From Mytilus trossulus (taxonomy: Eukaryota): a DNA stretch of 64,000 nt. How positions within the stretch are numbered: position 1 is the stretch's first letter; every line of letters starts with the position of its first letter. The notes under the pieces are model-generated. The model was not told the origin of the DNA, searched no databases, and saw nothing but the letters and a program-made list of their open reading frames with translations. The stretch is taken from positions 47,577,216 through 47,641,215 of the forward strand of contig NC_086385.1 in the NCBI RefSeq assembly GCF_036588685.1. Direction: 5' to 3'. A program made the translations under genes and the position numbers. Positions 13,687 to 27,635 of this stretch are shown here, piece after piece.

Positions 13687-14203
13687 ATACATCTATTTCC
13701 CGTGCCTAAGGGAAATATGAAGATTTGTTCACCCAAGAAATAATCATTCTTCACGAGGGCCTCGCCCGAGGGAAATATGACTTTGTGAGGGTGAACAAAT
13801 CTTCATATCTCACGAAGCTAAGGGAAATGAATGTTTTAATCCATTGACTATAATTTCTTTTTTACTTCTGAATATAAAATTTATATAATTGTTTTCTTAT
13901 CCGTTTTGTTTTATAACTAAACACAACACCCAGGAACACATTGATAATCAGTACCGATTAAAAATTAATTATTTATTCATTCATTTCTAATTTTTTTAAA
14001 TTTGAAATAATTTTTAAAACAAACCTTATAAAAATATTTTATTTAATTATTGACCGCGGGCAATGTCGTACAAGGCAATCCCGACGCTCAAAGGGAAATA
14101 TGATACTCAGAGGGGAACCTCAAGTTTTGTTCGACGTCACGTGTGATAGTTATTACCAATCAAATGGTGATTTCGCTATCAAAATCAACATGCAGTGGAA
14201 TAA
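13687..14203. mobile_element. Hairpin-bearing non-autonomous element inserted in a duplicated segment
   Basis: Perfect 20-bp inverted core at 13715-13734 / 13789-13808 inside longer imperfect arms. Absent from the paralogous site at about 10758. Confidence 0.7.
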
Positions 14204-14657
14204 AAAGCTAAAGCCAGTAACGTAGCGTTTAATGTGTTTTCTGCATTTATTTGAATCGTTCATCATCAATTTGTCTTTTTGTAAAAGTGAAATGTTACAG
14301 ATTTTGCCTCAACGTCGTTTTTTTAAGGACGTAACACCTCTACTAGCCGTCTATTAAAATAAACCACGCCTACTAACCACATATAAAAAATACACGGTGT
14401 CCTGGCGATCACTTTTAACCAATGATATACCTAGAAATTTGATATGAGAGCAAATCTTCTGAAATAACTTTACTAAGAGGTTAAACACTTTTTTGTCATC
14501 ACTAAATTTGAGTAGGTAAAAACTGAGGTTGATGGAATTGCACTTTTTTAATATTAGATTACCTAAGCTTGATTTGGCAAATATTTTAGGAATTTTGGTC
14601 CTTAATGCTCTTCAACTTCGTAGTTTGTTTGGCTTTTTTAACTTTTTTTGGATTCGA

Positions 14658-14701
14658 GCGTCACTGATGATTCTTTTGTAGACGAAACACGCGTCTGGCG
14701 T
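14658..14701 (+). ncRNA. Minimal type I hammerhead ribozyme motif (retrozyme-like repeat family 1), mutated
   Basis: gcgtca-CTGATGA-ttct/agac-GAAA-c acgc g-TC-tggcgt. The first stem II pair and the loop palindrome are mutated. Confidence 0.65.
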
Positions 14702-15844
14702 ATATACAAAATTTAGTCCTGGTATCTATGATGAGTTTATTTAATACTTGTTAATTAACGACGCTTAACAGCCATGGCGTTGTCAGTTTATTTTCGATTT
14801 TTGAGTTTAACTGTCCCTCTGGCATCTTTTGTCCCTTTTTGAAAGTAATTTAAATTGTTTATTCATATTTTGTCTGAAATATGGCAGCCTCTCATTGTGT
14901 TATTCTAGCATTTATAAAAAACAAATTTCTTTAAACTAATCATATACACAGGAAGAAGAACTACAATATTCTCTTAAACGTTTTAACAACTTCCCAAATT
15001 CATTCAAATTGTTCTTTAAATGTTCTTTCAATCCAGAAATATATATTTAATCTCTATTTGCCGAAATTGTGCTGAATCCCAATGGCATTTTATTCCCTTT
15101 TTGATTCGTTATAAATGCTTAAACTTGATTCTATTGTGAGTTGATTTCTAAGTTTCATAAACAATACTATTTCCGTGTATTGTGCAACTAAACATGAATA
15201 ACCATAGGGGTAAGATTTCAATAGTTTTAATCAAAGATCGAACGGTTTTTTTGAATGCAGTTTTTTTATTCATAAAAAAATATATCCTGTATTTTATAGA
15301 AATCTCAAGTTTCAAAAATAGTTTATAAAGACAAGATACGTTCATGTAAAAGCAAAAAGAAAAGGAAGATTAACTGTAAATTTGTCAAAAAAAAATCAGT
15401 TTATAAATTTTTTGTTGTAAAAAATTCATAAAAGCGAAATTTGAAATTACACATAGCATTGCTTTTTATATTTTTCTCTCAGTTCGGTATTTTTGTTATC
15501 GTATTTTTCGGTTGAATTTTGCAGAAATAAACTTAAATACACCGACAATGTATTTTTTGATTGCAAGTCTATAATTGAACGGTTTTAAAAAGTATGATTT
15601 CGAAATTGAATTTGAACATTATATATTTCCGGATGATGTATAGAAGTTTTATTATTAAATTATTCCAAAGTTTAAAAAAACTTTACATTACACCTAAACG
15701 AAAGCTAAAAACTAATTTATTAATATATAGATCAATATAAGTCTAGCTAAACGCACTTAATCAGTATTTGTTGATGTAATCTGGCTATTTGTTGTCTTCT
15801 GATAAATTAAGTGTGCTACCGGTAAATCTGGGATAGTCTTTCTT

Positions 15845-16810
15845 AAAAGAGGGACGAAAGACACCAAAGGGACAGTCAAACTCGTAAATCTAAAACAAAC
15901 TGACAACGCCATGGCTAAAAATGAAAAAGGCAAACAGAAAAACAATAGTACACATGACACAACATAGAAAACTAAAGAATAAACAACACGAACCCCACCA
16001 AAAACTAGGGGTGATCTCAGGTGCTCCGGAAGGGTAAGCAGATCCTGCTCCACATGCGGCACCCGTCGTGTTGCTTATGTGATTACAAATCCGGTAAATA
16101 GTCTAATTCGGTAGGTCAAATTCATGAAAGGGAAGGGGATTGTAGTTACGACGTAAGGAACATATCCGATATCATTTGTGAAACGGTTATTCCATAACGG
16201 TCAACCAACTCGTGATGGCGTCCGTAAAATTTACGAAGGGATGATTTCAACTTCACCATTTGGAACTCTTGGTTTAATAGCTTCCTTGTGAGCAGTAACC
16301 CTCTATCAAGAAAATCATGATAGGAAATGCAAGCACGGGAATATCGTATCAATTGGGAGATATATACCCCGTATGCAGGTGCTGCTGGAATGTTGCTACT
16401 TAGAAATGGAAAGTTCACAATTGGAAAGCTGAACTCATCTCTTTTGTCGTAAAGTTTTGTCTTCAACCGACCCTCATTGTCAATTTCTAGATGTAAGTCA
16501 AGATATGAAGCCGACTTAACTGTATCTGTAGTATCCTTTATCTCCAATTCGATGGGATAGATGCGATCCACATAGTCACCAAATTTTGAATTGTTTAGTG
16601 AAAGAACGTCATCTATATAGCGGAAAGTAGAGTTAAAGGATATTGCTAACTTCTTATCTTTCTTCCTAAGAAGTTCCTGCATGAAGTCAGCCTCGTAATA
16701 ATAAAGAAACAAGTCAGCAAGTAGAGGGGCACAGTTTGTTACCATTGGGATGCCGACAGTCTGTTGAAAAACACGTCCTCCGAACGTAACAAATATGTTG
16801 TCAATCAAGA
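15845..16810 (-). mobile_element. 5'-truncated Penelope-like retroelement (RT C-terminal part plus 3' region)
   Basis: ORF 16146-16808 has QTVGIPMxTNCAPLLADLFL, FRYIDDVL, YLDL, KLYDKRD and YGVYISQLIRY, which are PLE-type RT motifs. The 3' segment recurs at about 11490-11705, 28569-28715, 30310-30465, 32555-32700 and 39490-39715. Confidence 0.85.
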
Positions 16811-17415
16811 AATATCACTTCTTTTTTATGTTAAGCTTATCAATTCGAACTAGTATTAATAAGAAAAGTTATCCGTGTTTCTGAAATGTGTTAATTTATG
16901 AAGTTCTTGTCTATAGATATGTGGTTTGAGTTCCAATGAAGCAACTTTCCATCCAAGTCACAATTTGTAACGAGTTAACCATTACTAGAACACTCGTAAA
17001 AAAATGCAATGGGACGTGTCTAAACGTTGTTTTGAGATTTTTCTAAACATATGATATAGAGCCCTTTTACATGCATTTGAAGACGTTAAATATTTCTGGT
17101 TTCATTGTTACTAATTTAACTGCAAAATTGTCATTTTTTGCTCACATTTTTCCAATATTTAATATTTTTGTACTCAGGTAAATGGAACTCTTTTTTTAAT
17201 AACGTGTACACTGCACGGACATCGTGATTAATCCAATATTGTGGATTAAATGTCACTTCTTTTTTATGTTAAGCTTATCAATTCGAACTAGTATTAATAA
17301 GAAAAGTTATCCGTGTTTCCGAAATGTGTTAATTGAAATAAGACTAGAGTGCGAAAACAACCCTTCATTGTTCGCGCCAACGCATCCAAAATTATTGGAT
17401 GATCTTGGTTAAAAT

Positions 17416-17427
17416 TGTATATATATT
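17416..17427 (+). promoter_or_regulatory. Putative TATA element of peptide gene A1
   Basis: tgtatatatatt about 60 bp upstream of ATG 17483, inside a ~160-bp upstream block conserved with A2 (35510-35670, where the site reads gtagataaat). Confidence 0.35.
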
Positions 17428-17482
17428 GTTGTCAAAAGAATTAATAGAATTATTATTTCATTATACCTTGAACTGATCTAAT

Positions 17483-17591
17483 ATGAAGCAATCTGTTTGT
17501 GTTTTATTCTACTTGATTCTGCTTTCTTTATTATTTGTGCAGTGCCAAACCAGACTTATTGATGTGTTATTTGAAATCAACGACAATAGAG
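17483..17591 (+). CDS. Secreted prepropeptide A1, exon 1 (signal peptide + acidic propeptide)
   Basis: MKQSVCVLFYLILLSLLFVQC-QTRLIDVLFEINDNR followed by a phase-1 donor G|GTAATG. Paralogous to 35671-35779. Confidence 0.85.
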
Positions 17592-19683
17592 GTAATGTTA
17601 TTTAACGAAAATGAATTATATGATGTGTAATCTTAAATTCTATATAAAAAAATGCAATGATTTAATTTGAATTTTAAAGAAAATGTTGTGATAATAATCA
17701 TTGTATGTAAGTAATATAGCATATGTGGTGAATTTAGTGAAAAGTTTACAAAAGTTTCAATTTCAAATTATTTTCAATATACATCTCACTCTGAGGCAGT
17801 TTGTTTTTCTCAGTGTTAATTTCATATGACGTTTTACGTCGGCTATTTCTTTTTTTTTTTATTACTTTCGTACATTGCATCAACGTTGTAAGTTTCAAGT
17901 TCACTTATACGGTGTGAGTGCCATCTTGATTTTTTTTTTTTTTTGCACTCTTAATATCTACTGCTGTCTTTTAAGAACGGTACTTATCCTTTGTGGTTAT
18001 ATTGCTCTTCAACTGTTTCGAATTTCATACATCCTTGGCTATGTGCATGGCAGTGTAACATATGGGTTAAGTAAAATTTTATAGAAATTAGGAAAGATGT
18101 GGTATGATTACCCATGAGACACCTATTTACTGGTGTTATAAACGAAGTAGAAGAAATCAATCATTGCCTTCAACAATGAGAAAAACCAATACGGTATAGT
18201 TGTCTGTAAAAAAATCCGAAAGTTTGCGACACCATTCGAATGAGCAAATTAACGCCAAATTAATAACCAAACAATTAACGAAAAATAAGAATGACAGATA
18301 TGCATCAACGATAACCACTGTACAGTCTTCTGACTTGGGACAGGCAAATACAGAATATTGCGGGGTATACATGTTGCTGAGGGCTTATAATAAAAACAGT
18401 TGTGTAACTGCACAACATATATAATAAATTGTGAAAAGAAGTTGCATAGATAAAATTGTTCTTTTCCAAAATCAAAAGTTTTATTACAGAGAAATATACA
18501 AATAAAAAATATTATAGTACATTTCGACAAGTAAATCACAGAATAACAACGAACACCTTAAATTAATTTACGACAGTACATAAGACATTAAAAAGAATTG
18601 TGAACTGTGCGTCTCACGAATGAAATAAACGCCACAAAAAGAGACGTCACAAGTTAGTTCTAAAAAATATATATATAATATCGGGATTAAGTTTTTAATT
18701 GTGTTATCAAATGTATTTTCCAACAATTACAAGAATAATATATAGAATTTGTTAGCAATTGTATAAATATTGTATTTACTAACAAAGTATGTGTTTTTCT
18801 AAATCAAACTGTGTAAAAACAAACAAAGCAAGTGCATAAACTTCTTTAAATCAAAGATCATAAAATGAACTAGGTTATTGAAAAATAGACACGTGCAATG
18901 GATAAAGCTATAAACCCTTCAGTTGTGAACAAGTGTCAGCCACTGAAACATTACACCACACGATAAGCATGGTAATCGGATACAAGTGTATACCACTGTA
19001 AACTGTCCTTAAGTACAGACAACAAAAGAATAGAACTAGTTAATTATTTGAATACAGTTTATATATGTAGCAATACGTCTATTGATTAGAATAGCACAGC
19101 ATTGATTTGCAATTATTTATATCAATTGTGTTGCTTGGATTAATACCTTGTAACTGTTACGTGTAGTAAGCCGTTTAATTTCTGTGTCATTTTGCTCTTG
19201 TGGAGAGTTGTCTCATTGGCAATCATACCACTTCATCTTTTTTTTATATTTGATATATACAGATCTCAGAACCATGGTTCATGACAATATTAAGCCTTAC
19301 AAAAAAGGAAAATCCATGACAAACGCTTTGCTTGATTTCGAATGAGCAGTTAAACATTTAAAATAAGGCAGAAACCAAGGCCCCAACAACCTCATTCAGA
19401 GTTGGCCTTTAAAGGATTCAGCTGTTCGATGTCCTTTTTGGTTATAGCTTCTCAATGTTTTCGGCCCGTATACATCCTTGGCTTACAAATTTTCGGATTT
19501 TATCGTTTTCTATGAAGGTAAAGTCTTATGCATGGAATTTAAAACGTGTTTTTTTTAAATTTTATTTTTAGTTATTTTTATCAATTTTACAGAGAAAGGA
19601 TCAATTCTTGTTTTTATTTGGATCCTCAATACTCATTATTATCATTTTATCATTATTATCATTATCCTAATTTTCATTTATAG

Positions 19684-19808
19684 ATGATACAAGTTATCCT
19701 TCCATCAACAAGAGAAATACTGGTTTTAGATGTCCAACTGGCTTATCTCCCAGAGAATGTTATAATCAGTTAATGACAGTATGGATCAGGCGTCTGATTA
19801 AAACATGA
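19684..19808 (+). CDS. Secreted prepropeptide A1, exon 2 (KR site + 30-aa mature peptide); precursor 77 aa
   Basis: Acceptor ttttcatttatag, phase matches exon 1. Reads (D)DTSYPSINKR-NTGFRCPTGLSPRECYNQLMTVWIRRLIKT*. AATAAA at 19924-19929. Confidence 0.85.
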
Positions 19809-22066
19809 ACTGATATATAGTTTTCTACAAACGTTAAAATATTCTGTCTACTGTTACAGTATATTTGCACCGTGAATTTCACATCTATGCATTCATTACA
19901 GTATTGTTATTTATATGCTATTTAATAAAACCATTACAATTAAGTTATTATTCTTTAAGTTATTCAGTATGATAAGCTTGTATAATGGTTTACATTTTTA
20001 AATTGTTATTTGGATGGAGAGTTGTCTCGTTGGCAATCACACCACATCTTCCTATATCTATTGTATGATCATGTCAGTATAAGATTTTATAAGTGTATTC
20101 AGTTTGTCGAATAAAACTGTCGTGGTATATTATATTGAAGACTAAATTATAAAGGAGTCTTATATGTGAAAAACACAATCAAATGAAACAGAAAATTGAT
20201 ATTTGTTTCACTATATTCAGAATTTGCATATGATTTTTAATCAACAATTTGATCTAATATAACATAGGATAGAATAGAGAAAGTAGCAACGAGATAAAAA
20301 CCCTACCAAAGAGAAAAAACAGTCTATGGCCACTAATGGGTCTTTAATCCAATGAGAAAATATCGCATCCGCAGGCGGACTTCAGTTGCCCCATAAATAA
20401 AATCGTATATCAATATACGTTATGCAAATTTCTTATATTATCCATTCATTACATACTTTGGACACGCGGCATTTGTTAATCTGCACTAATTTTTCATAAG
20501 CTCGCTCCTCCCACCCATAGCAATGGGTGATGATAATAGCAACAGATGTAAATGCCTCCAATTAACACCTGTCTGAGCCCAAGGTTTGCCAATCCGGAAA
20601 TTTAACATTCACTAAGGCCAATGTTTCCAATCATTTCAGTCGTATTGTTGTTGTTATTGAAAAAAACTTAGACAACACAAATATGACAGTGGAACGTATA
20701 TCAGAATATATATTAGAAAGCATAACAAAGAAACTAGGGATGTGACGTTACATACGAAACACTAGAGTTTGACGTTACGTTAAGCGCAATTAAAGTCATT
20801 AAATTCATGATTAGTAAACTATCTTAGCACTATTACTTTTACAATTGTGCTTCTAATAATACAGCGCCCACTTAAATCATACGGTTTTCCGTTTAATAAA
20901 GAAGATACTGCCCTTGGATAACGGTGTTAGAGTGATAATATGTTCCCTCGTATGTGTATCTTCCCTAACAAAGTCAGTATATTTATACTAGTTCAGCGAA
21001 AAAGACGCCGCCGTAAACTCCAAAAAATACAACTTGAATAATTACTTCACCATTCAAACAAATGCTAGAGATTCCTGACTTAGGACAGGCGTAAATATGC
21101 AGCTAGACTAAAATCGTTTCGAGGGATCAAAACTATTCCATTATACCTCTTGCCAACAAGGAGTTAACAAACACACAGCAATACACATAGTAAAACGGAG
21201 CTCGTTTTCAAAACTATTCGAATTGAGTTTGGATATAGCATTATGGTCATCCCGAACTCTTTTTTTTATCATTTTGGCATTATAATGCTTTCAAAAGTGA
21301 GGAGTTGATTTGCATTTGCTGATGTATAGATCCACAATGAGAATATGTATATGTCCAAACGTCATAGAATGAGATTTGTCTTTATCTTTTCGCAGTGATC
21401 TTGTAGGTACATTTTATCACCAATGAGACCTTTCACTACTTATTTCATATTAAACTACAATTTTCAACACATATTTAGTTTGGTAATTGTTTGGTCTGAT
21501 TTAAAGCAACTTTGAGCCAATTGTAATATTTTGTTGTGGGGCATTTTTTTTTCTCATGATAAACCAATAAAAACTTTTTTGTTGAACAACTTTCTATATT
21601 ATTCAACCAAAGTAAATTGAATTAATATTTTATATAATCACACGGAGGTAACACCAAATTAACTAAAGACAAAACCAGGACAAAATACAAAGACTATTAT
21701 ACATTTCTCTGTCTTTAAGCATATTATATACAAAATTCGAACTATAATTGACTTCAAAATATTTTTTTGAAGAAATGTGTTTGTGTATGAAATATTTATC
21801 AAACATATAGATGACGAATACAATTGATCTAGTAAACTGTCGGGACAACCTGAATATAAAAATGTTTACTTTTGTTGTATTCCTTCACTTTTTATACAGG
21901 AATCAGCTCGCATGGACCAGTGACGTAGCAGCATCACTTGTTAACCTTTTTAAGTGGATGATTTATAGATCAGCACGTGTTCACACCTGATACAGGTGAT
22001 ATAAATGTATATAAGTTTTTTTCATTAATAACTCGTGTGTAATGTGAATACTTCATTAACAGTCCT

Positions 22067-22975
22067 TTAAGGTAGATCATAAGTACATACTTTTAAAGAT
22101 ACAATTTTCTTATAATTTGCCAAAATGAGGATTTAAGTATGTTTTTTTTTTTTAAATATAATAAAAAGTATGAGTCACCGTACTATTTGTCATGCTAAGA
22201 GATGTTGAAAATTGCTTAAAGTTAGTTAGATTGTTTATGAAAAAACTAATTTGCGTGCATAAAAAAATTCTATGCGATAGAATTTTGAAATAAATTGTTA
22301 GAAGATACTTATTATTATATGTTTTAAGAAAATAAAAAGAAAAAATGGTGTTACTGAACTCATTTTCTGGCAAGTAAAATAAAAATTGCCCTATTATACC
22401 AGTATAATAATTTTACTTTAAGAGTTGTCTCCCCTTAAATGGCTCATATGAAAAAAATGATTCTTAAACAAACAAAACAGATATTTTTTAAATACTTTGT
22501 ATAATATGATAAATCACCATGTTTTCTTCTTATAAATAGACAGTCTAACCATTGAATTGCAAATATATCTGCAAAGTTGCAGATTTGCGCAAATCACTAG
22601 ACCGGTTTTGTTCTGTGATTGTACAATCCAAGATGGAGGTACACAATTAATCTTCCGTAATGAAGGCTTGTTTTCCCACTTTAGAATATTTCTATTCATT
22701 GACACCATTATTTTTTTTCTGGCTTCATCGACTGATAATCTTTTAAGTGCATGATCTAATTCAAAATCATGAGGTTTGTTTCACAATAAATATTCCTATT
22801 GTTTTTTTTATATTTTGAGAGTCAATACTAAAGTAATCATTAACTTAATTGATTACTTTTAGAAAATGTGTAATGTCGTCGCATAATTGACGATGTAATT
22901 TCATTGCAAGAAGTCGAAACAATCGCTGGTGAGTGATGTCACATTTAAAATTCGAATGTATTTACTACGTTTAAA
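22067..22975. mobile_element. Probable Kolobok-like MITE
   Basis: Begins ttaa-ggtagatcat and ends tatttactacgt-ttaa, a weak inverted repeat with TTAA flanks. Confidence 0.35.
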
Positions 22976-24333
22976 ACTGTGAGTCCATTATTCGAATAAA
23001 CATTACTTATGTTACTTTTACAATGAGAAAATTTATTTTGTGAAAATTATTAAAAAGTTATAAGGTTTTATCAATATTAAAAACTTACGATATACAAAAT
23101 TTACTGACATTAAAGTGTAAATTGTAGCTTGCATCAATTCGTAACTAAATTGAAAGTTAAAATTATTTGAGGTGGTTCGTTTTTAGATCATACGCAGACA
23201 TTGCAAAAAAGATAAAATTGTACTGTTCCTAACAAAACACACTAGTGCAAACAAAGGTGAGTTAAGTCTACAGTTGTAAGTCATGAATCGGTTTAGAGAA
23301 AAAAATCTGGGTTACAAACTAAAACTGAAGGAAACACATCAAATATAATAGGAAAACATCAAAACAACAGAAACACTAAAGTGTAAAAAAAGACAATGGA
23401 CCACACACATAAACGAACTATAAGATATCAATTGCCATTTTGCCGACTTGGTACATGACATTTTTAGGGAAAATTGTTGGTCGAACCTGGTTTTGTGGCA
23501 ATTCTAAATGTTAATGTATAAGAGCTACCCGAATTGATATATGCATAACTGGATATTAGGGCATGCAACACGAACAAACAAAAAAAATAGCTGTAATAAA
23601 TGGTGAACAATCCCAAGCTTTTATTGGTTAACTGGACAAACAATTTCAAATATGAGTAATTGAACATAAATAAAATACTTTATCCCACATTTTGTACTAA
23701 CCTGTATGTTTTTGCATGGTCAATAATAGCCGGAAGTCCTCGGGGTCAATATCGATATTAGCCCTAGAAAACCCATATCATACCCCCAAATTTGACTTGC
23801 GATTACCTATCAATCGAAAACACCATTATCTACTCATGTGATACATATTTTTTGTTTAGCTGATTTTTTACTTTTTGTTTAATATATGTAAAATAATTTT
23901 ATCTACTAGTACATGCAGCATGATTTCTTACTTCTCCAGTTTTAAAATGTGTGATCAATTAGATATAACGTGGCGTTTTCCATATTGCCGTTGGTAAGTT
24001 CACTCATATCAAGCAATTGGGGTAAAACCTTCTGACTTGAGATTGCAGTCTATGGTTGATACCAAGGTCAATATGGAAAACGCCTTGTAATATTCTATAA
24101 CCATCATTTTTCTGTTTGTCACTTATTAACATGATTAAGTATATAGATAGGGTAGCACATTATCGTGTTTCAAATAATAAAGGTTGCTTAATGAAGGGTG
24201 TTAGACGTTACCTAAAGTCATATATTGGCCTCCCAGTAAACAGGAGAGGTACCTCTAGCTTGCTCACGAAATTAATAAAGAAAATATCTAAATTACCGTA
24301 GACTTTGTTTTTTCTTTCTTTTTTTTCTTTCAT

Positions 24334-27300
24334 TAGTAGTGACCAGACCCAATATTTTTTAGATTTAATCGTCAAACATACTATATGGCTATATTAAATA
24401 ATATTGGATTCAGAAAAAAAGTTCTTTTGAAATACCGATGTCGAAAAAAAGAAATGTTGTAACAGTTTTGCATAAAAGAGGTCAAAGATCAAATACTGTT
24501 TAAATAGTTTTCTTCCATACTTTCCAAATTTGAAGAAATATACAATAATTTAGGTTAAATTCTAGATACAGACATTTCTTATTTCAATTATCAATGAATT
24601 ATCTTGAAAATGTTAAAAAAAAAATGAATAAGAGATCGATTTATTCTTGAAATTGGGTTTTTCAAATATGTGTTCTATTACACAAGCTCAACACATATTC
24701 TGTTAAATTTACAGTAGATACCTTGCCGGCTGACATTCAACCTCATCAATAAATGATAAATATAATTTTTACCTACATCCTACTGCCATGGATGCATATT
24801 TTGCATATGATTATTCATGAAATTCATTAAAACTAAAAAGCACTCCATACTTCAAAAATAGTTACAATTCGACATTGCAATCAAAGAGATCCTAACAACA
24901 GAATTATATTTATTGGTTAATTGTCAGGGAACATGATTTGAAATTTCTACATAATTCCGACCCTTTGCAGGATCAAAGCCCCGGACTAATTTTTTGTATT
25001 GAAAAAACACATGACTTTTCACATCCAGATTTTCCTTTCAATGAAGACACAAGATCCTGCAAGAATTCGGCCGAAGTATGCCCTTAAAAATACACGGGGT
25101 CTTATGCATCATTTTTCTCTCGCCAACCGTATTCTTAACGTGACCGGATAGGGGTTCAGCAATGTGTCATGCGGTCCATATTTTTTAGTTTAAAACGAAG
25201 TACGTAAACATACTGTTTCAGTGCCGTCTCGCAGTAAGATAACCTGACTAAACCTACATCTTTACTAGTGGCAAACTTGAATAATTATCATGATGGAGTG
25301 ATTTTAAAGAGATAGTTCTGATCATAAACCTTTGAAATTATCTTTCATGTCAAAACAAGGGCTTCATCATTGTAAATATTACCGAAACTCTAAAAACAAC
25401 TGAAATAGTCGTGTGTGTCCTTCGAAGTCTTGTATACAGTTTGTATACCTACTCCAAACAGAGACAAATTTGCGTCGCATCCGGTAAGTACATATGCAGC
25501 AGGAAATATTTACAAATTGTTGGGGAAAGACAGACACATAGTTATTGAATGGGTGAAAATCTCAGCCCATCATTTACATTGCTAATGTTTCACATCTGCA
25601 ACCACAACTCGATTCTATGTGTCCTATTTTTATAGTAGCGAACAAACAGAACAATTAGAATTGTATAAGAGGTCCGTATGATTGTTCTTCCACTCTTTCA
25701 CATTTTCCCTAACTCCGTGTCAAAGTTTAAGGCATTGGGATAGGCCTTCTCTTGAGTGATGAACAAGTAACGACAGCCATGAACAGTGTTGGTATAAATA
25801 ACTTTGACAATTTCGGAATTAACAAACATTCTGACTATGTAAAGCTCACATCAGGTGGAATCTTATGGGATTTGTCAAAATTTTCCAGTCAGGAATAGTT
25901 TTCCGCTCTATAAGCTGATACACCTTGATTGAAGCTGTAGGCTCTGTGCGGCATTCCATTCCAGCAGACTTTATATGGTTCGTCGTGTCGTAGCGGTCAC
26001 AAACATGTGCTACTATGTGGGCCATAGAAATTCATTTGGACATATTCACCAAATGTTTTACCTTTCTTAACGTCAATACATTGAACCAATACAATACCAT
26101 CTCTGATGTAAGTTGTGAGTGATGGTATAAAGGAAGGTAGGGAAAGTGAACAAGAGACTTAAGATTCAAATTGCTTTAAATCCGACGGGCATGATTTTCT
26201 CATGGTGCCGTCATTTTGAAAAGGGGATAATGGAATAGGTGCGACAATATATCTTCTATGATGACATCATCTCTGCATTTTGCTGAAATCAGTGCACGTC
26301 TAATCATAAGTTAAGGATTTTTGCGACCTGAAAGTATATTCCCTGATTTATATTTAAGGTTTTATTTGACTTTGATATTGGACTATAAAAACTCCTTGTG
26401 ATCTTAAGAAAGAGTACTAGTGATAAAATGTTTAGACATGTTCAAGCCTTCCTCGACAACTTTGAGCAAAGAACCTGGAATATATCTTGAAGCATGCATT
26501 TAAGAAGAAATATTGATAAGACATGGAGGGTGGGATTCCACACCAAAGGGATCAGTCACGGATCATTTTGATGGTTCACAATGGCAATAACATGTTCTCC
26601 ATCTCTTTTCATCGCTGTTGGCTTTGTTTTCTTCTTGTGAATTTGCATAATTTACAGCAATTCCATCCCTTTTCATCTTTACACGACTAATGGATTCTAT
26701 GAAATGTCCAGTAATGGTCCATCTAACAAGCGCAGACTTTTGATTGGTTATGCCTACAGTGCCACCTAATCCCCTTTAAGTTTTTATAACGGTCTATTCT
26801 GTTGCCATGTCATAGTACTGTTAAAATGGTGAGGAATGTCTCTAAAAAGCAAAGTAGCCATCTATAAAAGGTGATCGAATGTTCTCAGAAATTAAAGTGT
26901 ATCGAGTATGTAAACTAGAACCCACCTTCGTGCGGTACGATTGGTTAACAAATATAATGTTACATTTGAGATGGAGATCTCAAGGAAGAGACAAATTTTC
27001 CTCTCTTTCTGCTCTAACATTCCAATTGCGTTTTTGTGTTTATAAGAAGCTGTATATGAGATTTGAATAGCTCCTTCATATGAGAGTTATGCATTTTGTC
27101 TGGCTTGAATTGCTGAAATAGTGCTTCTGAGACAAATGAATTGATATTATTGATTAATAAAGGTACAAATGTATGAAATATCATATAAATGTTGAATATT
27201 TTACATTTTGCCTTAAAAAAATATGAAATTAAATTGGAACGTACTCTATTAAATGCAAAGTATTTGTAGTGTTAAACTTTTTAAAAAAGTCTTTCATAAC

Positions 27301-27635
27301 GAATTAATTTTGCTAAACCTTCTTTGAAATCGTTAAAATAACTTGAATAAGGTGTAACAACAATGTGAATAATAACAGAAATGATCAGAAATCATATCAC
27401 AGAGGTTATTTTTCAATGTTCACGTCAAAACTTTCCTTAATCGATTGTTTGTTCAAGTAAACTAACGTTCTTCAAAGCCCATTTTACGAACATTGCACCG
27501 TACGATTTTTTGACGACAAGTCAAAATTTTAAGTTTAACCTTGGAACTACCAATACTGTGAGTTATAGCCGTATAGTCTGAAAGACAATTAAACTCCTTA
27601 AATAAGCGTCTTTTCCTGACTTGGTCACCGTACTA
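24334..27635 (-). mobile_element. Decayed Academ-like DNA transposon
   Basis: Minus-strand relics DMATE*TVIK..GLGGTVGITNQKSALVRW (about 26720-26812), CDRYD..IKS (about 25970-26000) and FPAAYVLTGCDANLSLFGVG (about 25445-25505). Imperfect TIRs tagta(c)gtgacca...ctata(c/t)ggctata at 24334-24391 and 27565-27635. Confidence 0.7.

Noticed and set aside
15757-16062. ORFs MPHVEQDLLTLPEHLRSP... (also 11492-11731 and 28563-28778) as membrane proteins
   Set aside because: They are recurrent translations of the Penelope-associated 3' repeat, not host genes.
19716-19808. Family A as elevenin, NPF or a mussel defensin
   Set aside because: Only the C-x8-C spacing (elevenin) or a GFxCP start (defensin) is shared. 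It lacks the elevenin CRG motif, the RxRFamide end and the 6-8 Cys CS-alpha-beta array, so no gene symbol was assigned.
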